From NCBI GenBank assembly GCA_963793865.1, contig CAWCBP010000014.1, positions 192,001 to 256,000 on the forward strand: 64,000 nucleotides of DNA, written 5' to 3'. Shown here piece after piece: positions 30,575 to 42,149 of this stretch. Every line of letters begins with the position of its first letter. The stretch's first letter is position 1. Below the pieces are notes generated by a model. It ran no database searches. It was not told the origin of the DNA and worked only from the letters and a program-made list of their open reading frames with translations. Source of the stretch: an uncultured delta proteobacterium (GTDB lineage Bacteria > Desulfobacterota > WTBG01). Position numbers and translations under genes: made by a program.

Positions 30575-32987
30575 ATGAAAGGAGGGCGCATATGTTTGAG
30601 AAGTCGCTACAGCCTGTTAGTTATGCTTTGGGCAGTTGTCACGGTTTGTTGTTTCACCGTTGTATTCGTTCCGGTCGGCTCGGCACACCAGCCGGAGATG
30701 CAAAAATGGTGGGACGTCACTCCCGAAAAAGAAATCCCTTCCCCACATTATAATTCCATTCTTTATTCTGAAATCGCGCCGCGCTTACATGAGATTACGG
30801 AAAACAGCCGCCGGGTTATGGTAAAGGTCATGGGGCAATCCGCAGCCGGCCGCGACCTGTACCTGGCCATCGTAGCTGCCCCGGGTGATGAAGGTCGTTT
30901 CGGTCACTACCAGAATCTGCGTCGATTAATGATTCATAACCCGGAAAGAGCGCAGGCGATGATTGACCTGTTTGATGATTTCAAGGTGCCCGTGTTTATT
31001 AATGGCAGTATTCACGGCTTTGAATATGCCGGAACCGACGCTTGTATACGGTTGATTGAAACTTTGGCCTACGACGATTCAGAGGAGGTGCAGGGCATAC
31101 TTGACAACATTATTCTGCTGGTGAACGTCTGTAATAACCCCGACGGCCGTGTATTGGGTACCCGTCAAAATTCCGCGGGCTTTGACTTAAACCGTGACAT
31201 GCTTACCCAGACTCAGCCGGAAACCCGGGCTCTGGCCAGGGTCATTGCCCAGTGGAACCCCATGTCTTTTATTGATCTCCATGGATTTTTAAATCCGATG
31301 CTGATCGAGCCGTGCACACCGCCGCATAACCCGAATTATGAGTATGACCTTTTCCTGGAATGGGCCTATGCGCAGGCTCTGGCAATGAGTGAAGAATTGT
31401 TCGCCCAAACCGGTGAAACAGCAGTGACAATTCCCTATCGCGATTGGTCTGATCGATGGGATGATTGGCCGCCTATTTATGCGAACCAGTATTCCATGCT
31501 GCATGGTTCTTATGGTCTTCTCCTGGAAACGCCTTACCAGGACGAGAGAGGAGTCGATGCCGATTATGCCGCCGTCTGGGGTATGCTCAAATTTATAGTT
31601 GAGAACAAAAAAGAGATGATCCGCGACCAAATTGAAATCTACCGGCGCGGATTCTTCGACCTGCCGCAGGTCCTGATACCGGATACGCTCCTGGCGGAGA
31701 CCCCCTGGGAGCAATTCAATGAACTGACAATACAGGAGTTTCCGGCTGCCTACATTATCCCCGCTGATGCGCCGTTTCAACAAAGTTCCCACCAGGCCGC
31801 CTACTTAATCGATTTCCTGTTGTTCAACGGTGTTCAGGTGGATGAGACAACGAGCACTTATTTGATAAACGGAGCGAAATATCCTGCAGGCACCTACATT
31901 GTCTGGATGGATCAACCCAAACGCGGATTGGCCAATACAATTCTCGAAGACGGTATGGATCTGTCCGACATTCAGGACCTGACCTTTTATTCGCCGCCTG
32001 CCGCGTGGAGTCATCCGCTTCTCTGGGGTGTGACCCGGGTGGTAATGGAAGAAAAGATGGACATCAGAACTCGTCCGGTTATCATGGCCACATCACCAAA
32101 GGGATCAATTGATTTCAAACCGGGCAGTTTTTTTGCCTATCAGCCCGGCAGCATAGCGGCATTTCAAGCCACTAACGATTTTCTCGCGCAGGGGATCACC
32201 GTATTCCGTGCCACTGAATCGTTTGACTGATCAGTACCATACAGTGAGTGCTGGTACTTTCATTGTCCCTCAAGATTGGGCGCTGGCGTGGGAATTAGTA
32301 AATAAGTATAAGCTGGATATTTTTACTGTCAAAGAATTACCACAAACTGTTATGCAACTGACAAATCGGAGAATTGCAGTATATGCCGATGAAGGAACCA
32401 CATACTGCTTGCGGGAGCTGGGATTTGCTTATGAAGAGCTGACCACCTCCAATCTCAATTCGGGAATTGATCTTTCCCAATACGATGTCTTAATCCACAG
32501 CAAAAAGGGCTGGCTTAATCTTCTCAACGGTACAGGGCAATCGACTTTGAAGAATTTCATTGAGGCCGGTGGTGATTTTATCGGTGCCGGCTCAGGTGGC
32601 GTAACATTTGCGGAAAGCACAGGACTTTTTGAGATCACTTTTCTGAGTGCAGTGGGAAACGGCATTGTAAACATACAATACGACCGCTTCGACCCGGTAG
32701 CTGCCGGATTTCTTGAAGATAGCTATGCCTTTGTTTACGATCCCGTCTGGTTTTCAGACCTGGCAGCTGGCTTTAACATTGTTGCCACGCTCGAGGATGG
32801 TGACTTCTTTGTCTCCGGATACTGGCCTGATTGGAAGAACAGTAATGCCAACGGTAAACCAATAATTGTTCGAGCTGAAGAGAATGGGCAGGACATCATG
32901 CTCATCGGGAGTGATCCCACCTTCCGTGGACATCCCAGAAATGACTTCAGGGTTATAGGCAATGCAATCTATAGTGGATTGGAATAG
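30575..32987 (+). CDS. Secreted M14 zinc carboxypeptidase with C-terminal GAT-like domain; one frameshift near 32225
   Basis: SIHGFE, NPDGR, DLNRD, DLHG; removing one base in TTTGACTGAT joins the two ORFs. Confidence 0.85.
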
Positions 32988-33082
32988 CCTGAGGTACAGG
33001 ATCTTTTTAACAACCTCTGACGGAAGCTCACCGTGAGGTAAAGACGTGGCATCTGCGACGTGGGCATTGTAATGATAAGGGA

Positions 33083-34309
33083 GTGAGCATGAGAAAAAGT
33101 AAAATGGTTTTACTGGCGCTAACCGTTTCTCTTGGTGTGCTTGTTTCGTGTGTAGCACTGTTCTTCAGGAGTTCCGGTTGCGGACCCGGCAGCGGATTTG
33201 CCACCGGTGAGAGAACAATCATGTCAAACGGCATTGAAAGGGTGTTCTATTTAAAGCTTCCCGAACATTACAATGCTCACATTTCTTACCCCCTCGTGTT
33301 TGCCTTCCATGGACTTGGCGGGGACTACACGCGGTGGACAGATGGTTATTACGACCTGCAAGAGGTGGTGGGTGACGAGGCCATTTTAGTATACCCCAAT
33401 GCGCTTTTAAAAAATAATCAGCCCCAGTGGGATTATGACACCGACCTGCTTTTTTTTGATGACCTTTACGCAGAGCTCGAAGCCAACCTTTGTTTTGACA
33501 TCAGAAAGGTATTCGCGGTGGGTCACAGCAATGGCGCGGGCATGGCCCATGCTCTTGGCTGTAAAAGGGGGAACATATTGAGGGCTATTGGCCCTGTGGC
33601 CGGCACCCTTACGGACTATGAAGGGCTCATCGGTCAGGTTGCGGTAATACAGATACACGGAAGTAATGATACTATAATGCCGGTGGAATCGGTCAAGCCC
33701 ACGCGCGACTACTGGATAGCAATAAACGGCTGCAACAAGGGAGAAACGGAAGAGGGGATGGATCCTGATTGCAAGGCATATAGCACCTGCGATCCCGGCT
33801 TTCCCGTGCAGTATTGTGAACATAGTGGCGGGCATGACTGGCCTGACTTTGCATCTGAGGCAATCTGGAGCTTCTTTCAAAACCTCCCGCCGGTAACCCC
33901 CTCTGACCAAACCGGGAGCGGGGATACTGAGGACCTGGGTAAGGGTACAATCAGTTTTAAAGTGCTCTACCCATCCGATTTTACGGGTACTCCCTATAAA
34001 GTGGCATTAGCCCTCTACCCGTATGACAGCGTTCAGCCCTTTGCCGGATCACCGTTATATTTATTGAATCTTGATATTCCGGTTGGAGATTACACCTTTG
34101 GTGAAGTTACAGACTACGGCACTGTGGAGATTAACCTGCTGGGTGTGGAATATGGCGACTATACGTTGGCAGTCGTCGTTTTTATTGAAGGCAGCAGCTA
34201 TCCCATGCCAAGCGATGGAATAGATTATATAGGTTTGCAGAATATTACTCTGGAGAGCGACACGCTTGAAGTTACCACACCTTTTGAATTAGAATTAGTG
34301 GAGTGGTAA
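33083..34309 (+). CDS. Exported esterase (PHB depolymerase / LpqC-like) with a C-terminal extra domain
   Basis: PLVFAFHGLGG, GHSNG, IHGSND, GGHDWP. Confidence 0.8.
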   Translation: MSMRKSKMVLLALTVSLGVLVSCVALFFRSSGCGPGSGFATGERTIMSNGIERVFYLKLPEHYNAHISYPLVFAFHGLGGDYTRWTDGYYDLQEVVGDEAILVYPNALLKNNQPQWDYDTDLLFFDDLYAELEANLCFDIRKVFAVGHSNGAGMAHALGCKRGNILRAIGPVAGTLTDYEGLIGQVAVIQIHGSNDTIMPVESVKPTRDYWIAINGCNKGETEEGMDPDCKAYSTCDPGFPVQYCEHSGGHDWPDFASEAIWSFFQNLPPVTPSDQTGSGDTEDLGKGTISFKVLYPSDFTGTPYKVALALYPYDSVQPFAGSPLYLLNLDIPVGDYTFGEVTDYGTVEINLLGVEYGDYTLAVVVFIEGSSYPMPSDGIDYIGLQNITLESDTLEVTTPFELELVEW

Positions 34310-34430
34310 TAAAACAACCCAACACTACTGCATGCAGCCGTTTGCCACTACTTATCCCACCATATTTGCAGTAATGTTAAAAATTTATCATTTCTTCGAT
34401 ATTACTAAATCTGGTATCTGTCTTAAAAAG

Positions 34431-34470
34431 AAAAGCCCCCACAGCCTCTGAGCTGCGAGGGCTTTGATTT
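34431..34470. terminator. Probable bidirectional terminator between convergent genes
   Basis: aaaagccc..cagc..gagctg..gggcttt with A and T tracts on the flanks. Confidence 0.6.
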
Positions 34471-34483
34471 TCGAATTTAGTGA

Positions 34484-35947
34484 TTAGGGATACACGCACC
34501 ACGGATCCGTCGGACAGATGGGGCATGGGTTGCCGGTAATCTTGCTTCTGCCGAAATCTGTTTTGAACAGTGACGCATTAGTTCCGTCCACATCGGTATC
34601 ACACTCAAAGTCGCCATTGCAGGGAAGCGCGTTGGTACAGGGATTACCACTGATTTTACTTCTGCCAAAATCAGCTTTGAAAGTTGATGCATCGGTGCCG
34701 TCAACGTCTGTGTCACAGTCAAAATCCCCCTTGCACAGAGCAGAGCAGCCTTCCGATGGGCACAGCTTGAAAAGCTCTCCGCCGAGGTCAACGATATAAA
34801 GCTCCCCATTTCCATCTTCTCCGAATGATGCAATACTGTCTATTGTGATGCCGTTGCCGGGATTAAGCTCCGCTGTCCGGTCGGTAAATGAGGTCAGGTT
34901 AAACCCGTCGTAGCGAAAGGACCATATTTGACCACTGCAAAAATCGGCAAAGAAATAGGTGCCCTGAAGACCGGCGATGTCACTGCCCCGGTACACATAT
35001 CCCCCTGTCACGGAGCAGCGGAAGGGGGTTCCTCCATGGGTGTATTCATGGATGGGATAGGTGAGTCCGCCGGGATCGCAGTTGACCGGCGGATTGTAGC
35101 AATGGGCGCCTTCCAAAAGCCTCCAGCCGTAGTTTTCGCCGCCGGTGCTGAGCGTCGGTTGAAAGTCTATTTCCTCATAGGCACTCTGCCCAACGTCCGC
35201 AATGTACAGATCGCCGGTAAGCCTATCGAAACTGAACCGCCAAGGGTTCCTCAAACCCTTTGCCCAAATTTCATCAAGGGGATCCCCTGGTCCTATATAG
35301 GGATTGTCAGGCGGTATGGCGTAGGGCTGCGTGCTATCCACGTCGATCCTGAGCAATTTACCCAGGAGCTCACCGTCATTTTGTGCCCTGTTATCTGGAT
35401 CTCCTGCCGAACCACCGTCGCCCATGCCGATATAGAGGTATCCGTCATTAGGTCCGAAGGCCAGCATTCCGCCGTTGTGGTTTGCATAGGGCTGGGGTAT
35501 GGTCATGAGTATGAGAGCGCTGTCGAGATCGGCAACATCAGGATTCCCCGAGACCGAGTAACGCGCCACAACGGTGTTGCCGGCATTGTCGGTATAGTTT
35601 ACATAAAAATAGCCATTGACCTGGTAGTCGGGATGGAAGGCAAGCCCCAGGAGTCCCCGTTCGCTTCCGCTGTCGATGACCAGGCTGTTGATGTCGAGGA
35701 AAGGTGTCGCCAACGCCACACCTCCCTTTAAGATCTTTATTTGTGCCGTGTATTGTTCCAGCACGAAAAGCCGTATCGCATCGCCGGGGGGCGCAGTAAC
35801 GAAAACTGGACGTGTTAATCCGGAGGCAATCCTCTCTGTTTGAAGCGCAAGAGCGTTGCAGTAAAAGAAACATGTGAAGAAAAAGACAAGGAACATCGCA
35901 ATACACATAACCATTTTTCTAACCGGAGCTGTGCTTTTTATGTTCAT
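34484..35947 (-). CDS. Secreted PQQ-dependent sugar dehydrogenase-family protein with C-terminal dockerin-like module
   Basis: ERGLLGLAFHP, NHNGG, GDGG, GLRNPWRFSFD, SFGEDGNGELY. Confidence 0.9.
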   Translation of the reverse strand: MNIKSTAPVRKMVMCIAMFLVFFFTCFFYCNALALQTERIASGLTRPVFVTAPPGDAIRLFVLEQYTAQIKILKGGVALATPFLDINSLVIDSGSERGLLGLAFHPDYQVNGYFYVNYTDNAGNTVVARYSVSGNPDVADLDSALILMTIPQPYANHNGGMLAFGPNDGYLYIGMGDGGSAGDPDNRAQNDGELLGKLLRIDVDSTQPYAIPPDNPYIGPGDPLDEIWAKGLRNPWRFSFDRLTGDLYIADVGQSAYEEIDFQPTLSTGGENYGWRLLEGAHCYNPPVNCDPGGLTYPIHEYTHGGTPFRCSVTGGYVYRGSDIAGLQGTYFFADFCSGQIWSFRYDGFNLTSFTDRTAELNPGNGITIDSIASFGEDGNGELYIVDLGGELFKLCPSEGCSALCKGDFDCDTDVDGTDASTFKADFGRSKISGNPCTNALPCNGDFECDTDVDGTNASLFKTDFGRSKITGNPCPICPTDPWCVYP

Positions 35948-36390
35948 TGCGTCACCCTTTTTGGTATAGATAAGGTTATCCCTTCCGTGCCTAGCCATTA
36001 TGCCCTTCATTATCCCATTCACTAATATATCACAAAAGAAAGCACGATTCCAGCTGGCCTACAATCGGCGGAGAGGCTATTTCGCAGGATTTCAGTACTA
36101 AAACACTCAGTAACTGGTGGCAGATGAAAATTTACACTATAAGCTCTAACATGCAGTCCTCGTTTATGTAGTCAACATTGATCTTTTTGCAAGTAAGGTT
36201 AAATACTCCGATACCGCAGATTACATATCGTAGTAGACACTATTCTTGTATTGAGATATTCACCCTTCTTGCCAGTTCTCTTGTAAATTTCCTTCAATCA
36301 TAGCACCGCTACATTTTGTGCATGGTATGTATAGAAAAAGCCCCTCAGAATTGTTCCCGAGAGGCTTTGTCAGTCTAAAGCATACATTCA

Positions 36391-38193
36391 TTATGGTAAT
36401 GGATAACTACACCACGCTACCCCAGCTATACAAGCAGGACATGGTTTTTGCATTGAACTACGGCCGAAGTCGGATTTGAACAGGGCTGCATCAGAACCAT
36501 CCACATTGCCATTACAGGAAAAATCACCGTTGCATGGACTTTCATTATTACAGGGGTCTAATATTGTGCTTCTCCCGAAAGCTGCCTTGAATAAGGCTGC
36601 ATCGCTACCATCAACATCGCTGTCGGTATCGCAGTTAAAGTTACCCTCGCAATCGCAGGCGTCCCCTATGCCGTTTCCCTGTGGAGGAAATGTATCTTCC
36701 TGATTCATGCTGCAAATTCCATTAGCACCGCATGCCGCATCAGCAATGCAGGTGCTTCCTATCTTGCCAGAAGTGCAAGTGCCTAAGTACGGCCCATTTG
36801 GCATATTAGAACAGTTATCTCCATCAGCCAGGAATGAACTACTTTGTATACTGCCTGCCATTGTCCCACCAGGATTGGACTCGACTCCATCACCATCAAT
36901 GTCACTTGGGTCTTCGTAGTAACATGGAACCGAAGTGTTTATCACAATGTCTTGAGGTATAGTATCTGTATCAAAAATGGTGACTTCTTGGAAATCGGCA
37001 GTAAAATTAATATCCTGACTTGTAATGCCAGCATCGTGTTCAGTTGCATATGTAGTATTTATGATGCCACAATCAGGAATCTCTCCATTGCTGTCGAGTT
37101 TTAGTATCATTAAATCCCCAATGATAGTCCCAAAGGAAGATGTGTTGCCTGCTACGATGATTCCTCCATCCATGGTCTGCCCAAAGTAAACACCAAAATC
37201 ACCATTTGTCCCTCCATAGGATTTTTGCCATATAATATTTCCGCTACTGTTAACATGTAAGATAAAAACATCCCACCCATGTAACGATTTCGAACCAACT
37301 ACATTATAACCTCCATCCGAGGTTTGTTTAATACCAGAAGCTAGACTTGTTCCATATGGATAGCTCCTTTGCCAAATAATACCGCCATCAGCATCCAGTT
37401 TTAAAACCATCGCTGAATCATTAGTTACCCCAGCTACAATGTACCCTCCATCAGCAGTTTGCTGGATTGAAGAAGCACTACTGAAAGATTCGTTTCCATA
37501 GGACTTCTGCCAGATAATATTTCCATCATTATCCAGATTGAGGATACACACGCTGTAATTACTTGTAAGAGCAGCATGCACAGTTAAAATATAACCGCCA
37601 TCACTAGTTTGTACAACAGTATCGGCTCCTTCATAATAGGATAAATTAAATTGCTTAACCCATGTAATATTTCCAGCACTATTTAATTTAAGAATCTCTA
37701 CCACTTCTCCGCCATCGTTATTAAGATAGTCACCAGATGCGATATAGCCCCCATCCGTCGTTTGCTGTATAGACGTGAACTGAACCACTCCATTATAAGC
37801 TTTCTGCCAGCTTATATCACCATTGCCATCAAGCTTTAATATCCAGCCTTTGACAGAGCTTGTTAGGTCAGTCCAACCTGCTAGGACATATCCCCCATCC
37901 GTAGTTTGCTGTATTGATGTAGCAAAATTTGAATTGCCATAGCGATAGGTTTTCTTCCATGAAACATTTCCATTCGTATCAATCTTCAGTACGAGAAGGT
38001 CGATTAACCATCCATCAAACGATTTAGTATACCCAGCAGCAATATATCCTCCATCCATTGTTTGCTGAATACAATACATAACATCTTCATTACTCCCCCC
38101 ATATGTTTTAATCCATTGCTGTGAAACAGGGCTGGCATAAGAAGGAGTAGTCAGAGCCATCAATAATGCAATGATTATAAGTGACTTCTTCAT
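36391..38193 (-). CDS. Secreted beta-propeller repeat protein with dockerin-like C-terminus; paralogue of 7027-9165
   Basis: Same repeats and linker (DIDGDGVESNPGG...FPPQGNGIGDACDCEG). Confidence 0.88.
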   Translation of the reverse strand: MKKSLIIIALLMALTTPSYASPVSQQWIKTYGGSNEDVMYCIQQTMDGGYIAAGYTKSFDGWLIDLLVLKIDTNGNVSWKKTYRYGNSNFATSIQQTTDGGYVLAGWTDLTSSVKGWILKLDGNGDISWQKAYNGVVQFTSIQQTTDGGYIASGDYLNNDGGEVVEILKLNSAGNITWVKQFNLSYYEGADTVVQTSDGGYILTVHAALTSNYSVCILNLDNDGNIIWQKSYGNESFSSASSIQQTADGGYIVAGVTNDSAMVLKLDADGGIIWQRSYPYGTSLASGIKQTSDGGYNVVGSKSLHGWDVFILHVNSSGNIIWQKSYGGTNGDFGVYFGQTMDGGIIVAGNTSSFGTIIGDLMILKLDSNGEIPDCGIINTTYATEHDAGITSQDINFTADFQEVTIFDTDTIPQDIVINTSVPCYYEDPSDIDGDGVESNPGGTMAGSIQSSSFLADGDNCSNMPNGPYLGTCTSGKIGSTCIADAACGANGICSMNQEDTFPPQGNGIGDACDCEGNFNCDTDSDVDGSDAALFKAAFGRSTILDPCNNESPCNGDFSCNGNVDGSDAALFKSDFGRSSMQKPCPACIAGVAWCSYPLP

Positions 38194-38579
38194 ACCCTTA
38201 CCCTCCATCAAAATAATTAAACCCCACCTTCTCAGACTTCTCCATCTGAGAAAAAGCGGGGCTATGTCAACAAGTACGTTCATTGGAGCACCTTTAAAGA
38301 GCCTTCGGACATTTAAATTAAAGCATAGAATCCCTCTTTTATCAATGTAATTTATAGACCTGTATTCTTGGACATTAATATTCTATATATGGGGTTTCCC
38401 ATAATGAGCCGTCTTCTGCTACCTTATACCAAAAATCTGAGTTTCAGATAATGCCCAAGATACGCCCTGCAAACATCCGTAGATCGAGGGAGATGATTTA
38501 TGCAGGTTACTACCATTAATGCGTAACAAAAGGCAGCTGAGCAGGTGGTCGCTATTACGTTATGAAATGTCGAATGTGA

Positions 38580-38828
38580 AGGATGGAGGGCCACGCTCTG
38601 CGTGGTCGAAGATTATGTCGGCAGATGCATGGTTTGTTACTCCAAGAGTTCCTGGATCCTGTGATCAAGTCATAGGATGACGACAAGGAAAGTGAAAAGG
38701 AGGGATGCTTCGCGAAGCCAGCCCTGAGTGTAATGATGAGATTCTGCACTGCGCTCAGAATGACAGGTGGAGAGCTCAACATGTCAGGATGCAGTAGGTT
38801 TGTCATCCTGAGTGAAACGAAGGATCTG
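38580..38828. repeat. REP-like hairpin cluster
   Basis: ggagggccacgctctg.gtgg, ggatcctgtgatcaagtcataggatgac, gagattctgcactgcgctcagaatgac...gtcatcctgagtgaaacgaaggatct. Confidence 0.65.
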
Positions 38829-39402
38829 CTAATAATTTTCTGCGAGCACCTCAAAGTGTGCGCGGGGATGTTTGCACACCGGACACAGTTCAGGTGCCTC
38901 CTTTCCTTCAAACACATAGCCGCAGTTCCGGCAGTGCCATTGTACCGGGAGCATCCTTTTTGAATACCTTCCCTTCCTTGACGGCCTTCAGGAGAGCCAC
39001 ATACCGCGATTCGTGATATTTTTCCACCTTTGCGACCTGCGTGAAGGTTGCAGCAGCTTCTGAAAAACCCTCCTTTTGGGCGGTGTCGGCAAAGTTCTGG
39101 TAGAGCGTTGTCCATTCAAGCCTCTCACCGTCGGCTGCGGCCTTCAAGTTTGCTGCCGTATCGCTTATCATACCTGCCGGGTAAGAAGCGACAATTTCCG
39201 TTTCCCCGCCCTGGAGCAGGCTAAAGAAAAGCTTGGCATGCTCTTTCTCGTTGTCGGCCGTTTCGAGAAAGATGGCGGCAATTTGTTCGTAACCCTCTTT
39301 TCTGGCTTTGCCGGCAAAGTAGGTGTAACGGTTCCTGGCCTGGGATTCACCGGCAAAAGCGGCCAAAAGATTTTTTTCTGTCTGACTTCCTTTCAGATTC
39401 AT
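38829..39402 (-). CDS. rbr: Rubrerythrin; +1 frameshift near 38946 hides the C-terminal rubredoxin-like domain
   Basis: [24 protein letters not shown]; the shifted frame gives [24 protein letters not shown]. Confidence 0.92.
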
Positions 39403-39436
39403 GCTTCTTTCCCCCTATATGGTTGTGGCTCATACA

Positions 39437-40336
39437 TTAAACACCATAGTATCCGGCACGCCAGAAGGAGTCGAGAAAATATTTTTCAAATTCCTCCTGG
39501 TCGCCAAAGAGAATGAGACCAAGCCCGACAGCGGTATCTTCCGCAATCAGCACATCCATCACTACCTCCGTACCTTCTTTCGTCCCGTCAATTAAGGCAG
39601 AGTCATCTTCAGCCTCCAAACGGGCAAGGCTGATCAGGTAGGCATCGGTATAGAGCTTGAATGCCGCGAGCGCGGCATCATAATAGGCCTTGCGCTCATT
39701 TTCATCATCGGTTTCAGGTTCTTCAATCTCTATCCGGTAATCTTCCCACTTGTAGGGTACGAGATGCTGGGTATATTTGCCGCGGTCTTCGCCCGTCCGC
39801 TGGTATGGCGCAACCAGGGCATGTCCCTGCTCAAGCTTTTCGATCTGGTCGCCAAAAAATTCTACCCAGTCGATGGAATCCTTGTTCACATTCCAGAAAT
39901 CCATGCTGAAGGAGGTGTCCATACCCGCCATGCCCTTGAGCGCGTCTCCATGCATGAAGGGGGCGCGCAGGTTGGCCTTCGGCCGGACGGTGAATGCCAC
40001 GTCGGTAAAATTTTCCGAATCGGGCGGGACTTCAAACTGGCTGATGGAGGCCACTGCCATGGCATCGCTCTCATACGAATACAGATGAACTTCCAGCTGT
40101 TTCGAACCAAACACCAGCCGGGGGATGAGAGAAAGCTTCAAAATATAGTTGTCATAATACTGGGCAATGTCCTCCCGTTCCGCAATGCCTTCCATCTCAT
40201 TCAGTTTCTCCTGCAGGTAGACGCGCATGTCCTCATAGAGGTTGTAATCCTCTTCAGGCGGTTTGGTGCAGCCATTGAAGACAAACGTCATTGCCAATGC
40301 TATCACGATTACTGAAAATGTTTTGCAGATGTTCAT
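39437..40336 (-). CDS. Lipoprotein with a probable bilin-reductase (FDBR)-like fold
   Basis: Lipobox FNGC; RPKANLRAPFMHGD, AFKLYTDAYL, EDTAVGLGLILFG..EFEKYF..FW resemble FDBR motifs. Confidence 0.5.
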   Translation of the reverse strand: MNICKTFSVIVIALAMTFVFNGCTKPPEEDYNLYEDMRVYLQEKLNEMEGIAEREDIAQYYDNYILKLSLIPRLVFGSKQLEVHLYSYESDAMAVASISQFEVPPDSENFTDVAFTVRPKANLRAPFMHGDALKGMAGMDTSFSMDFWNVNKDSIDWVEFFGDQIEKLEQGHALVAPYQRTGEDRGKYTQHLVPYKWEDYRIEIEEPETDDENERKAYYDAALAAFKLYTDAYLISLARLEAEDDSALIDGTKEGTEVVMDVLIAEDTAVGLGLILFGDQEEFEKYFLDSFWRAGYYGV

Positions 40337-40397
40337 AACATGCCTCCTTCCGGTTAAAGGGTATCTGATAATTCCAGCCAAAGATATTTGAAATTCC

Positions 40398-40437
40398 GGT
40401 AGGCGCGATGCATTCGCGGCTGCAAGCCGCTCCTACC
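40398..40437. repeat. GTAG-type REP; further copies at 47886-47937, 50981-51031, 56921-56967 and 58510-58545
   Basis: gtaggagcggc...gccgcgaatgcatcgcg motif recurring in intergenic spaces. Confidence 0.75.
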
Positions 40438-40666
40438 GGATACCAACGCTCTTGAGAAAAAAATTCTCAGATCAGCATATGATTATCTATTAATAGGCTT
40501 CGCGCGCACTGTCAAGGTAAAAATCCTTAACACAGATAGCGCATATCACATGAGTTGTTGTGGGATGTTCTCTCATTAAATCCTGTGAGAATTCCGGCAA
40601 ATGTGCTATAGAGGGATGAAAAAAGTTTGCAGTTTCACTGTCAATCTTTAAGAAAGGTGGTTGTGT

Positions 40667-41227
40667 ATGAGTGAAAAGTCCCCCGTCATCCCAAACGTGC
40701 TGAAGAGAGAGGAGAGCGTTCTTGTCGTTATCGACATACAGGAAAAGCTGATGCCCACAATCGCTGAAAGCAGCAAGGTGATCCATAACACCGTTCGGCT
40801 GCTTCAATATGCAAAGATCATTGGTCTTCCGGTTATTCTGTCAGAGCAGGATAAGCTGGGAGCCACCGTTCCGGAGATCAAGCAGGAGCTTGCAGGTTGT
40901 ACGCCGGCTGTAAAAATAACCTTTGATGCCCTCCTCTGCGATGCCTTCGCCGAACAGCTCCACAAGCTGAACAGGAAGGCGATCATTCTAACCGGGGTCG
41001 AAACACACGTTTGCGTCACCCAAACCGCGCTTCATGCCCTCCCTGATTATTCGGTCCACGTGGTGAGCGATGCCGTTTCCTCGCGCACCCAGGAGAACTG
41101 GAAAGTGGGCCTGGAGAGAATGCGGCAGCATGGCGCCGTTGTTACCTCCACCGAGATGGTAATGTTTGAGCTGCTCAAGCGGGCGGGAACCGATGAGTTC
41201 AAGAAGGTGCTGCCGCTGGTGAGATGA
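40667..41227 (+). CDS. Isochorismatase family hydrolase
   Basis: VVIDIQEKL, GVETHVCVTQTA, DAVSSR. Confidence 0.92.
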   Translation: MSEKSPVIPNVLKREESVLVVIDIQEKLMPTIAESSKVIHNTVRLLQYAKIIGLPVILSEQDKLGATVPEIKQELAGCTPAVKITFDALLCDAFAEQLHKLNRKAIILTGVETHVCVTQTALHALPDYSVHVVSDAVSSRTQENWKVGLERMRQHGAVVTSTEMVMFELLKRAGTDEFKKVLPLVR

Positions 41228-41228
41228 A

Positions 41229-42149
41229 GTGGACGGCAATCCCGGGAGAAGAAGGATGCTGGTCATCGGTGCCGCGGGCCTGGTGGGCGGAAACCTGCTT
41301 CGTCTCAGTTCCCGCTATCAATGTACTGTCATCCCAACCTTCCATACCTATTCTCCGACCGGATATCCTCAAACCGCGCTGAATCTGGATATAACCAACC
41401 CTGATGCGGTACAAAAAGGATTGGAAGTATCACGTCCCGACTGCGTGGTTAATCTGAGCTGCATGGAAGTAGCTCAATCTGAAGCGGATCCGGCGCGGGC
41501 CCGTGAGGTCCATGCAGCAGGAGCAAGAGAGCTTGCGCGTGCCTGCAGAGACCATGAAATCCGTCTCATTCATCTCTCAACCGACATGGTTTACAGCGGA
41601 AAGAAGGGGATTCCGTACACACTCGAGGATGAACCGAACCCCATTTCCGTTTACGGACGCACCAAGCTTGAAGGTGAAGCGGTTCTTCGGGAAACCGGGG
41701 GCAACTGTGTTATTGTGAGGAGCGCGCTCGTCCTGGGCAGAGACAGATTCAGGAATCGGGGATTCATGGAATGGATGGTTGATAAAGCTACGAAAGGTGA
41801 GCCGCTCCCGCTTTATGCCGACCAGCTCAGGACCCCTATTGTGGTTGATGATCTGGTGGATGTCATTTTCAGGCTGGCGGCATCATCCTTTACCGGCACC
41901 ATTCTTGCCGGCGGTGATGAAGGCCTCAACCGGGTGGAAATAGGCAGGAAGCTCTTATCGGCCATGAGATGTTCCCACGGGTTGATACAACCAATTCTTG
42001 CGACTGAACAAAAATCCCCGGTGCCGCTCCAGCTTGATTTGCGATTGGATAACAGCAGCCTGAAAAAGATACTTGACGGGAAAGAGCTAATGCGGCTGGA
42101 TGATTATTTTGCGGGTTTGTTTAAATCCCCTCACCCCTTTATCCCTTGA
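41229..42149 (+). CDS. dTDP-4-dehydrorhamnose reductase-like SDR
   Basis: GAAGLVG, STDMVY.G, YGRTK, DQLRTP. Confidence 0.85.
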   Translation: MDGNPGRRRMLVIGAAGLVGGNLLRLSSRYQCTVIPTFHTYSPTGYPQTALNLDITNPDAVQKGLEVSRPDCVVNLSCMEVAQSEADPARAREVHAAGARELARACRDHEIRLIHLSTDMVYSGKKGIPYTLEDEPNPISVYGRTKLEGEAVLRETGGNCVIVRSALVLGRDRFRNRGFMEWMVDKATKGEPLPLYADQLRTPIVVDDLVDVIFRLAASSFTGTILAGGDEGLNRVEIGRKLLSAMRCSHGLIQPILATEQKSPVPLQLDLRLDNSSLKKILDGKELMRLDDYFAGLFKSPHPFIP

